64,000 nt of DNA from Antedon mediterranea (taxonomy: Eukaryota > Animalia > Echinodermata). Position numbers and translations under genes: made by a program. The DNA lies in contig NC_092674.1 in the NCBI RefSeq assembly GCF_964355755.1, forward strand, positions 28,520,001-28,584,000. The letters run 5' to 3'. The notes under the pieces are model-generated. The model was not told the DNA's origin. It ran no database searches and was given only the letters and a program-made list of their open reading frames with translations. How positions within the stretch are numbered: position 1 is the stretch's first letter; each line of letters opens with the position of its first letter. This document shows positions 1 to 10,984 of this stretch, piece by piece.

Positions 1-17
1 TTTCAAAATATAAAGTT

Positions 18-147
18 GGTAGTAAATACCGGAATGGTGTCCGGCGGGGGATAGTTTATTACCATTAGTTAAGGTCCTATGTAAAGCACCTATAGGGGTC
101 AGTGATCCATTAGGCGCTATATAAATACTGTTTATTATTATTATTAC
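18..147 (+). mobile_element. 3' tail of an L2-clade LINE or its SINE
   Basis: TGTAAAGCAC...GCGCTATATAAATAC followed by (TTA)n, the usual L2-type 3' end. Confidence 0.5.
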
Positions 148-3100
148 TACTAGCCTAGCTAGGCTAGCTTGACTATTGGGATACTATGTTGGTCCTGACC
201 TCCCTGTCTGGATTGGGATGGAATCATCAATAACATTAAAATTAGCTTATCTCTACTAGAGTACTAGGCCTATCCTAGTAGTAGTAGATTGTATAAATAA
301 TAGGCCTAATTTATCCTACCTCACCTGTACCACTGTCTGTAGACTAGGCCTACCCTAGACTCTATTTAACCTCATTACAAAAAAAAATCTATTTATGAGT
401 ATACGTGGTATTTCCGGTATATTCTTACCTGAAACAATGAACTAGATTTGCATGGTAGGTAGGCCTACGAGAACAGTCCAATTGCTCCTACGGGTACACA
501 CCGTGCTAAAAAAAACAAGACCGGTGAAGTAGGAAGTAAATGCACCAGAGTGTGTCCGCCTAGCCTAGCCCAGCTAGGACAGAGCTGGGAGTTTATCGAG
601 GAACAAAACAACGTAAAAAGGAGCATGAACAAATCAACTAATATCTCACGTCATTGTAGCTCACAACGAATGATGAACTGTTGTTTAATGTAATTAAGTT
701 ATCGGTCAATATGAAATAATTACCATAACAAAAGTTTATCCCATGTGCTTCTGTTGATATAGTGAGAGCAGCAGCAGCAGTCAACAGAGCTGCAATTCTT
801 CTCGCCAAGAGTCAAAAGTATTTTTGGATATAGAGGGCGCTAAAGGATTCATAACTTTTATCAAAAGTTACAAGTATTACATTTTTTTATGGTAAATATA
901 CTGTAGTCTTGATTTGATAGGACGGTATAATACTTCAGAGGTGGAAGGATCAGTCCCCCGACTCACTCTCTCAAATCTTGAAAGATTCAATGCAAAAAAT
1001 AGAACGTTAGTTTAAGTTCAGCATTCAATTTTACCCGAAACAAATTTAAGCACAAAGTAAAACACCGATTAAGTATGTCTTAACAGTTTTTAATAAATAA
1101 AGAAAAGGCAAATAAAATCTGGTCAGATATGAACCGTAACAATTTAGCAAGGTATAAAATTAACGTTTATAAAATTGATATTTAGGTAAAGTAAAATATA
1201 AATATTTTTCTGATTGCCTGAAAGAGATAAAAAGAGTTATAAAACAAAAGAACTCTGTGCTAAATTATACACACGTAGATTGAAGATTGAACACTGGGCA
1301 TAGTGCATCAGGTTTACTTACTTGATGCACTAACTGTACTGTAAAATTGTATAAAATAGAGAAAAATTATTTTTGTTTTCTTCTTTCCTTACTATTATAT
1401 ATATGGTAGGAGTGAGATATAAGAGGTATTTATTGAAAGTTATTTAATGTCAGTTGTATTTGTATTGTAATATTATATTAATCAAGTGCAATGCATTGTT
1501 GTAAACGAACATTTTATTGATGAAGAAAAAAAGTGGGTCGAATCCTACAAGTATGTCTTAACATGGAATTTTAACCATCGTCGAGTGTATAATAAGCCTT
1601 CTTTCTTTACACAGTTTTAACCATGAAGGTACAGTATATCTAATTTTGCACCTCCATGGTTTTAACCATAGAGATATTCTCTATGTTTTTCAACATCGGC
1701 GGCTAGAGGGGTACAATATATAATCTTTCATTCAATTTATTAAATAAAAGCCTTTAGAACACAAACCTTAAACCGAGCATTATAGTATGACATGCTACCC
1801 ACTTAATTTTTAACTATTTTTTAGTCTCGTGGCAACTGTGGAAATCTCGGTGGCTAGACAAGAATAATTTGTTCCTAGTTACGTAATAGCGCGACAATAA
1901 TCTTTCATCTGTCAGAAATCTTTTATGAATGTTATTTCGCGCTAAGCACAGGCTTATTCGAAGACGATCCCCAATCCCATCACCATTGACCTCACAGAGA
2001 GCGACACGGACAAAATTACACTGTACTGGTATTTCCTTCGAGCGAGGAAGTATCCCATAATAATTCATGTTTACTTTTAAATATTTGTGTTGATTATAAT
2101 TTATAAACCAGTTTAGTTAGCTACATACTTTCTTTGGTAGTCAATCACGTGACGTGACCAGATGTCGCTAATTTAACGTAAGTACAATCTTAATTCTTTC
2201 CGTTTCTTCTAAGTCATCGTCACCCGAACAGGTTTGAGTTACAGCTATGATTTGTAGCCTGAGGCAAAACGACTTCATCAAGCCTGCGACTGCAGTTAAT
2301 GTATTTCTAAAACAAAACATATACATTTGTATGTCTATCCATAGAGAAATAATCATAATTTATTTCTCCCATGGGGAGGTAAACATTTTTACCTGCATGT
2401 TTCTCTAGCAGGGTCTATCTACTATAAGTTTACGTTCTAGTATTTGTTATTAGGCATACTTAATCTTAGTGTTAGTGTATTATAAGTAAGACTAACTTTG
2501 CTACACGGTAGGCCTACAACATCTTTGTGAAAAATAAACAAGCAAGACAGGAATGGACTTATTTTAGTAGGCTACTTTCAACCATGTTTCAACAGAAATT
2601 ATTCAAATTATAATGGGTATTTTTCGAATGATAATCGTAGATTAAAATACAACTGCACACTTCTCTACCTGGTGATGTTTCATAAAATTAATAGGCCTCG
2701 CATACACGCGTGTAACACGCGAGAGAACGCAGGCAATGGTATGTTAATCCGTGATCATTCCCATTGTACGGCAGGTATTCAGATCACATACAAACAATCT
2801 ATAGGTAGTGCAAAGCAAATATACTAGTGAATTAACATCGATTGACCAGCACTTTGCTGATCAAAATAATAATAATATTATAATGTTCCGACTACTACGT
2901 CTGACACACTTGTGAAAATTATATATAGATTATTAGATACGGTTGCTATACATAGCATACGTTCATTGGAATAAACACATTGGAATCACTGTAGTTTACT
3001 GAGACTGCTGTATTTATGTTATACCTTCAGGAATCTTCATCTGTGATCAGCTGGCTGTGATTTGATTATTTATTATAATGCCTAGTACACCTTTCTGACA

Positions 3101-3252
3101 GAAAATAATCTTGATTTATAATAGGTAGGTAGGTAATAATAATTATATATAGCTATAGGTTCACGTATGTATATGTTTTTCAATCACAGACGCAGTTTTA
3201 TGGAATGAGTTATGGTGTGACCGTGGTTCTAAATTTTAAACACTATACTTTA

Positions 3253-3498
3253 AGGCCAATTTACACAAGCGAGCGGTAACGGTAATAAAAATATAGAATC
3301 TTTGTTATTGCGTATGACCATTACGCACACTTTACGAGCGGTAAAAACGGAAGCGGAAAACCGCGTAGCTTGTCCCACGTAGAATCTGTATCTATCCTGA
3401 GAGGGCAAACCGGCCTTAAAGGCCCAGGTTCGTGTAATGGTCATAAGGAATAACATATATTTTTATTACCGTTACCACTCGTCTGTGTAAATTGGAAT
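3253..3498. mobile_element. short Harbinger-like MITE
   Basis: AGGCCAATTTACACAAGCGAGCGGTAACGGTAA ... TTACCGTTACCACTCGTCTGTGTAAATTGG; second copy at 8576-8750. Confidence 0.65.
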
Positions 3499-3845
3499 TA
3501 ACGCTTAAAAGATTTTTAATCCGGACTCAGTATGGACGTAGCTTACATACATTAATAATGATTATAATGATGATGCTTTGGTATGCAGTGTGGATGAATG
3601 TGATGATTGGTCAGATGCTGTTGAATATGATAATTAAACGATGATAATGATTAATGATTGTGGTACAGATTCGTCTCAACTACCGTAGCCATTATGTGAT
3701 CATTTGAGATATTGGTAATTCATTAGCCGATTCGCGAGTATCTATAATTTTCCATCATGAGTAAATTCTGTCACGTGTGACACCTGTATCTCAGTTCATA
3801 TCATTATGTGAAAACTGTTTTAGAGATTCTGGACATATTACTATA

Positions 3846-4573
3846 CCGTAAAACCTCGAAAAGAAGCCCATGGGCTTCTTTTTTTTTAGTGCTCTTGGGT
3901 GGGCTTCTTTTCGAGATGGGCTTCTTTTCGAGATGGGCATCTTTTCGAGAGTACTTTTGCAAACTGTAGAGGGGGGCTTCTTTTCGAAATGCATGCTGTA
4001 AATTTTATGAATTTCTACTTAAATAATATGACTTTTGAGACATTTTTTCAATCATGAAACTATGTTAAATATACCAATTAAAAACAATATAAAAGCAAAA
4101 AAAAACAGTCCTATGATTCACTGTCAAATACAATCATTTGTGAAAATTCCCTGCCGATTTTACATATTTTCCAACGAAGCAGACAAGAAAAAGATACAAG
4201 ATCGATCAAAGCACCATTTGGACGACAATAAACTGTAAAATAAATGTATGATAAACTCGATCATACATATGAATTATTATCATCAGTCTGCATCACAAGT
4301 ATCTGGCATTAAATTATCCTACTACAGTAACTCTTAATCACGTGTTTGTATTGTTTATTTCTGTTCCTTTGACGTTCAGTTGATAAACCTACATTCTTAA
4401 TACAGTATAGTAGTCTATTTCGAAAAGAAGCCCATACTATCTTGAAAAGAAGCCCAGGGGGCTTCATTTCGAGATGGGCTTCTTTTCGAGAGTACTTTTG
4501 CAAACTGTAGAGGGGGGGGGGGGGGCTTCTTTTCGAGGTTTAAGCCCATGGGCTTCTTTTCGAGGTTTTACGG
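3846..4573. mobile_element. Tc1/mariner-superfamily (Tc2/pogo-like) MITE
   Basis: ~32-bp TIR CCGTAAAACCTCGAAAAGAAGCCCATGGGCTT and its reverse complement, TA target duplication on both sides, internal reiterated GGGCTTCTTTTCGAG motifs. Confidence 0.8.
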
Positions 4574-4702
4574 TATGTAGAGAGACAGTACAGAGAACGC
4601 GACAGCGATGACATAATGATAATCTTTAAAGATAAAAATAATAATAATAATTTCAATTTTAAATAGATTAATGTGTCTTTGAGGAACATCCCATCCGGCG
4701 TT

Positions 4703-4808
4703 ATGAAAATTAAAGGAGATTTCCTAGGAATATTAATCACATCCGTTGTGATGGTTTTCTTGTTCTGGAGAAGTGTTCCAAGGTCTACTGTCAACTCAAC
4801 CAAATCCG
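4703..4808 (+). CDS. sulfotransferase coding exon 1 (type II membrane signal-anchor)
   Basis: ATG at 4703 reads MKIKGDFLGILITSVVMVFLFWRSVPRSTVNSTKS; donor GTAGTA at 4809 (phase 1); possible acceptor TAG at 4664-4666. Confidence 0.7.
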
Positions 4809-6373
4809 GTAGTAAAGAATTAATTCTTATTAATTGCTAGTTCTTATATCTATCATCATCCACGTTGTCATCGTAATCATGACGTAATTATCGCCTACCA
4901 TCATCGTCTTATCTCCTTCAGCATCAACCATCATCATTTGTATTATAGGCGTCTCCATCATGATCAATAATCATTATTAACATCATCTCTTATATCAGGG
5001 TCCTAGCCAACATGAGGCAGACGAGACGCTCGCCTCGTCTGACATTTTCAATTTTTACCACCCACTCCAATTCCCAAAGCACATATCGTAATAGCCTCTT
5101 CTGTTTTTAACCTCTCGTTACGGCCTTGGCTCTAGTCGTTGTTCGTTATCGTCATAACTTGTAGGCTTACCTTATCGTTATCAATCATTGTCATTCGCCC
5201 CTCCCGCACCCCGCAATTTGTAACAAATGATTAACTTTATTTCGCTCTTTTGTTTCAGTTATACCAAAAGCCAAGTCTATTACAGTTAATGAAAAGGTAA
5301 AATTACTGTTCGATGTATAATTTAGATTAATTTTATAGCGTGACCATGGAATTACGTTTTAATTTTGGTTTCAAACGTCAAAATGTTATCCGCAAAAATA
5401 TTGAATACCATTTTTGCTTCGGTGCATAATTTTTCTTTTTGGTTACACCCTTTCATGAAATAATAAAGATTGTTTTCATCAACAGCAAAGAGATTTCCTA
5501 ACTCGAATGCGTAACATCCAGTATGGTCGCAAGCAGACGATTAAAGAGGCGTGCCGGAAGTACAAGAATGACATTGGAGATGTCGACGTCTTCAAAAAAC
5601 CACCTTGGAATATAGCCGTGAATGATGAATACAGGTTTATATACTGTTTCACACCAAAAGTAGCAAGCACCAGTTGGAAACGCATCTTGCTGGTGTTAAA
5701 CGGGTTTATGAACGACACGGGCGATCAGCCGCAGTATGTTGTAAATCGCGCGGGAATGAGCTCATTCCACTACCTTGATGAACGGTCACCCAAAGACATT
5801 AAATATATACTGGATTCCTATACTAAATTTATGTTTACAAGAAATCCGTTTTCAAGAGTCCTGTCAGCGTTTCGTAACAAACTCGCCCCAGATACAAATT
5901 ACAGTCAGTCCGATGTATGGCGGAAAAAACTTGGGTATTATATTTCTACGCTGTATAACAAGAACAACGAACCGGTAGTAGATAAAGACACAAGTTACGA
6001 CTTAACTTTTAAAGATTTTGTGCGATTTTTGATAGATGAAAATCAGACGAATCATAAACATTGGGAAAATATACATTGGGGTTATCAGTACGATCGATGT
6101 CGCCCTTGTGAGATCAAATATGATATTATAGGTAACTTTGAAACTCTTCAAGACGATTCTAAATACATTATGAAAATTACAGGTACGTCGGATGTGACGT
6201 CATTTCCATCGTCGAATGGCAGTAACCCGACAAATAGTTCTAGTAAGACCAGTCTGCAGTCGTACTTTTCAGGTTTGCCGCTCGAGTACGTTCGATCGCT
6301 GTATGAACGGTTTAAAATTGACTTTGAAATGTTCGGGTACAAGAGACCAACGTTAAATATTCCATATAAATGA
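4703..6373 (+). CDS. Golgi carbohydrate sulfotransferase, HNK-1ST/CHST8-14 family (CHST11-like); join(4703..4808,5259..5296,5486..6373), 343 aa
   Basis: Sulfotransfer_2 motifs 5'-PSB YCFTPKVASTSWKR and 3'-PB RNPFSRVLSAFRNK, plus HW, CRPC..KYDIIGNFETLQDD and C-terminal LYERFKIDFEMFGY. Upstream exons add an N-terminal membrane anchor (FLGILITSVVMVFLFW). Splice phases 1 and 0 are compatible. The exact paralogue cannot be assigned. Confidence 0.88.
5259..5296 (+). CDS. sulfotransferase 38-nt micro-exon (stem region)
   Basis: Polypyrimidine acceptor tttgtttcag, donor AG|gtaaaa; phase 1 in, phase 0 out; reads (V)IPKAKSITVNEK and bridges the flanking exons in frame. Confidence 0.72.
5486..6373 (+). 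CDS. sulfotransferase catalytic exon
   Basis: Acceptor ttttcatcaacag ending at 5485; in frame with ORF 5507..6373; TGA stop at 6371-6373. Confidence 0.92.
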   Translation, partial: QRDFLTRMRNIQYGRKQTIKEACRKYKNDIGDVDVFKKPPWNIAVNDEYRFIYCFTPKVASTSWKRILLVLNGFMNDTGDQPQYVVNRAGMSSFHYLDERSPKDIKYILDSYTKFMFTRNPFSRVLSAFRNKLAPDTNYSQSDVWRKKLGYYISTLYNKNNEPVVDKDTSYDLTFKDFVRFLIDENQTNHKHWENIHWGYQYDRCRPCEIKYDIIGNFETLQDDSKYIMKITGTSDVTSFPSSNGSNPTNSSSKTSLQSYFSGLPLEYVRSLYERFKIDFEMFGYKRPTLNIPYK

Positions 6374-6746
6374 TGATTAAATTATGTGTTATTAGTTGTA
6401 AAGTTCCGTATTTATTCCGAGATTCCCGCCAATTCGTAAGGATAGTCTGAACGTATTCGTTCACAGACTTTTTCTTTCGGAGCTGGAGTATCGTTTTTTT
6501 TGTAGCTGATTGTGTACAAAAGTGAGTGTATATGCATACAGTAATTCCCTGGCGGAGGTAACTGGTTGAATGTGTCGACAAAACAATCGTTTGGTTGTGG
6601 TCGTAAAATGTCCATTTGCTGAATTTAAGTACAGATAAGAAAAAATCCGAAAGGAGATCCAAAACACGCATTCACACTGTTTCGAAGAATCATTCAAAAT
6701 TTCTGTAGACCTACTTATGTGTATAATTCTGTGTTTCCTTTTCCTA

Positions 6747-6937
6747 AAGCTTGGTTCCAACTAGCGACGCAACGTCAGAAAATGCCCTTCCTTATAATTG
6801 TGTTTTCCACCGCCTGCGTGAAATCAAACCTGCTATGTTTGCAGTATTGTTGCATCGTTGGTTCTCACTTGTGATTACGCAATAATACAGCACTTTGTGT
6901 CGATACGTCGCTGCGTTGTAGTGTGAACCACGCTTTA
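6747..6937. mobile_element. short MITE (AAGCTTGGTTCC family)
   Basis: Reverse-complement copy at 36568-36789; shorter relatives at 6970-7090, 21392-21540 and 61552-61620. Confidence 0.6.
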
Positions 6938-7796
6938 AGAAGTACGTATTTTTTCCGTGCCGGGTAGATAAAGCTGGTTTCCACTTGGACGCAACGCAAC
7001 GATTAAGCACAACGGGAAGGACCAATAATCACAAGCGACAATTCGGACGATGCGTCGTGATTGGTCAAATTATGGTAGGATTGCTATACTACTGTAGTGG
7101 GGACAGCTTAGTTGGTGCTATAAAAACGCTCTGTCCTGTAATTCATAAAAAATAAAATCTAAAAATATTAAAACATATATATTGTACTTATTTCTGTCAC
7201 TAATTTACACCAGCATTCAATTCAAATATTCATATTTTTTCTAAGCATATTTATTATCGGCATCATCTACCAAAATGTAAATGTTCTTTAATACACAAAG
7301 TCCTATTTAAAAACCCATTGTGACGTAACCCGTCACTTAAACTCCGGTCCCGCCCCTCTGGAACGTATATAAAGGAGTTGTTCCATCAAACACTGTAAAT
7401 GACACCTTAAGTTTACAAAAATACACATTTAACACAATACCACATCAGTTTATGGGTAAAAATTGGAAAATCTGTACAATCTCTTACGAACATTATCTCC
7501 AGTTTTTCTTCCAACGGACGCACTAATTTTTTTCAACAATTCTATTTCACAATTTCAAATTCTTTTATAAACATTAATAAAATTAATAAATAGCTTTATA
7601 AAAATCTAACAAGATTAAATAATCGATTTAATTTAATTATTGAAAAATTAACGATTGAAATGTAATATATATTGGGGATTATGGAAATTTGGTCATAATA
7701 ATATAATTAAAATTAAAGATTTCGTAAACTTCTTTAATTTATAGCCTTAATTTAGAACTTAAATTTACACACATTAAAATATATAATAAATATTTA

Positions 7797-7937
7797 AAGC
7801 TCTGTCTACACTATCAAAAATGTATGCGACAAAAAAAATAATGTCATATCACTATACCATATTTGGGCATATCACTAGCATTTGGGCACATCACACTTTT
7901 TTGTCAAACTAGTTTGAATGATAGTGTAGACAGAACG
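7797..7937. mobile_element. short MITE (AGCTCTGTCTACAC family)
   Basis: AAAGCTCTGTCTACACTATCA ... TGATAGTGTAGACAGAAC. Confidence 0.65.
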
Positions 7938-8575
7938 TTAAAGGAGAACCTCTATTACATGAGTCCTGGTTAAGGGTTGGTCGTAGTGGTAAAAACATAT
8001 CTCCCCCCTCTAAGAAAGTGTCCTTAATAATAATTGTGTATGTTCTCTGATCTGAATAGTCTTCGGCAAAGTGGGTTTCGGCAAAATGACGTGATACTGT
8101 TTCAAAGGAGGGTTCTCCTACTGTATATTTAAATAAACAATGCACTGTAGTTGGATAGAAAATATTCTTGCCAAATAAATTATTATTATTATGAGAGATC
8201 AGCACAAACTATTTAAGATATCCGAAGATTTTAAGGATACCAGCCTTTTTCTCATAATCCTCTCCCCTTCCGAGACGAGTAAAAAATAGAGGTTCCGTCC
8301 GATATAGGTTTATTAACAGACCGTGGATCTGTAGGTCAACTGGATCGATTGCCCACATCACCAATTTGTTCAGAAAGTCCTAGTTAAAATAATGAATATA
8401 AATACGTACTGTAAATTATTAAATAAGTACAGTCTGGTATAAAACTATAATTAAATTATTAAAATACTACAGGATGGATACAGGTCAAGGTCATAGTTCA
8501 AAAATGAACAAGGTGAATGCACTAAAAGGTGTTTAACATGAATACGCCAATGTTTTGAACTAATTTAGATAGTTA

Positions 8576-8750
8576 AGGCCAATTTACACAGACGAGCGGC
8601 GACGGTAAATATAAAATAATATAGAATCTATGTTATAATTCCTTATGACTATTTACACACAACGTGGAACGGACGGGCGGTTTTCTCTCAGGATACAGAT
8701 TCTACGTGGTTTTCCGCTTACCGTTACCGCTCGTCTGTGTAAATTTACCT
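8576..8750. mobile_element. short Harbinger-like MITE (same family as 3253)
   Basis: AGGCCAATTTACACAGACGAGCGG ... CCGCTCGTCTGTGTAAATTTACCT. Confidence 0.65.
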
Positions 8751-8861
8751 TTATGCATAATAGGCCTACTTGATCATTGATATAATAGGTTCTCTACAAA
8801 ATATCTGAAGGAAGAGATATTACCGATAATACTGAAGTTACTGCAAATGTAAAAACCCGCA

Positions 8862-8935
8862 CCCACTCCCTACCGCGCGTCGCCCACTATCTACCGCGCG
8901 GCGTCCACTCCCTACCGCGCAGCGCCCACTGCCTA
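8862..8935. repeat. GC-rich 21-bp minisatellite
   Basis: CCCACTCCCTACCGCGCG units, ~3.5 copies. Confidence 0.75.
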
Positions 8936-9703
8936 ATTAAGGACTTCTGTTCCTTTCTTTTAGAAGAATTTAGAAAGGGAAATCCTAAACCAAATAGTTA
9001 CGAGTTATACAGTTTGTTACTGTTGTTGGTGTGTAATTATCTCTCTTTTTTTTCATTGAATATTCATGATTTCCCAGCCTCTTCACTTTAAACTTATTGC
9101 CAACAGAAATGTGCATATATTATTTCATAATACCTCTTTAAAAACATAATTTCTGTAAAATAAATATTAATGTTGATGTACAAATAACATTAACTACAAA
9201 TGAATAAGATAAATATTTTCGAAATATCTCTATTAAAATAATATGTTAAACAAAAACTGCAAAATTGGATATATTAATTTCAATTGCCCTTTTAAAAGCA
9301 CACAATATTATTATACAGCACATCCTATATAAAGTATATGTTTATTATTCAAATATAGTATATTATTATTTAGTGAAAATATATAAATGTTAATTTATTT
9401 ATCAATAGACTAGTATAATGCAAATGGGATGGTTCAAACTTAAAATTACAGACTGTTATTTAAGCAGCACACTATCAAATGCGATGTAAGTCACAATTGG
9501 AAGACATAAGCAATCATAATTATGTCATACTTATGTGACGTCACAGACTTGGCAAGATCCGTGGTAATGCGATAGAGGGCAGTAGCACAGTTTAACAAAA
9601 TATTAAAATGATAACAGAATTAATAATTCTGTATGTCAGCCAGCACTAGACTAGACATAAGTTTAGTTTTACATGTGAAATATAGATAGAGCAAGGCAAT
9701 CTT

Positions 9704-9863
9704 AAGCTCTGTCTACACCATCAAACTTGAAACTTTATGTGAAAAAAGTTATGTGTCCATATATAGCCATGATGATGTCATATCACTACCATATTTGTGC
9801 ATATCACCACCACATTTAGTCACATCACATTTGTCAAACTAGTTGGATAGTGTACACAGAGCT
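9704..9863. mobile_element. short MITE (AGCTCTGTCTACAC family)
   Basis: AAGCTCTGTCTACACC ... ATAGTGTACACAGAGCT with 21-bp internal units. Confidence 0.65.
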
Positions 9864-10529
9864 GAAACAACTATCTTGGATAGAGTCTCAAGTCTGTCAA
9901 AAAATTCATAATAAAATTATCTAATATCTGTATCGGCCACAATACGCTCATCTTTACAAATTCATACAGATAATATTGTTTATACAATCTTTGATGAATA
10001 CAAATCTGTATCATAAAATAAATTCTTTCTCATACTGATATTTTATGTAAAAACAAGGATTCATCAATTCAATTTATTACTTTCTAGCGATAGAAATGTT
10101 TTATTATCTACAGTATTTATTTATTGAACAAAAGTACAAATTTCTAGATAGAGTACAGGAAATTGAGTGTAAAATGAGATGCTAACTAAATATTTTATGT
10201 AAAACACAGTTGTATATGTGTCATACTCCATGATATGTGTACGCACTGCTATATAAAGTCAAAATTATTTTACTTTAGTTACTGCAGTAACTATATTTAT
10301 AAGCAGGATAATCATACACATTGTTTACACTCATAAATTTCATGTCGAAACAAAATAAAAACATACTGTATTGCAGTAAAAATTGTTGTTTCTGCAGTAA
10401 CTGCAGTAAAATAATTTTCTCATGATCTTTTTAATACGAAAATTATTTTTGTCTTATTTATAATATAATATATTTTCACAGCTGCGTGTTTATATATAAA
10501 TATATAATATTGTATATAGCTTTATTACT

Positions 10530-10984
10530 TTAAACTTGCCAGAGTAAAAGATGGTTCGTGCTGTCCTCCTTGCCAGCCGACTCGTTCGGAGACGTCAACC
10601 CAAAGTCTTCGTACCCGTCACCGCCGCTAATCACCATCATGTTCGACATAATACTACCCGCGCTCGACACCGGACGATGAGTTTTATTATTTACTATCTT
10701 ATTCTTACTTTCTGGAACCTGCACGCTGATTTTTCTCGTGTTTATAGGCTTTGGTGAAGGTATATCGACAGCAGCTAAGAAGCGCACGTGGCCCGTATGA
10801 CCCTGGGCTGATCCGGTTACTGTTGGTAGTTCTTCGATACCGGTCGTGGTGGATGTGATTTTTGGGAGGGGTACAGTGAGAATGACCCCTGCACTTGTTC
10901 CAACCCAAAGTAGATCTTTGCATATTAGTAAAGAGGTGATGCGTAAACATGCAGCTTTGTGCTGACGAATAATCGCATCAGAAC
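10530..10984 (-). CDS. ARHGEF17: ARHGEF17 terminal coding exon
   Basis: GSDAIIRQHKAACLRITSLLICKDLLWVGTSAGV...GHTGHVRFL...ISGGDGYEDF...DSTNHLLLWQV*; TAA stop at 10532-10530. Confidence 0.93.
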
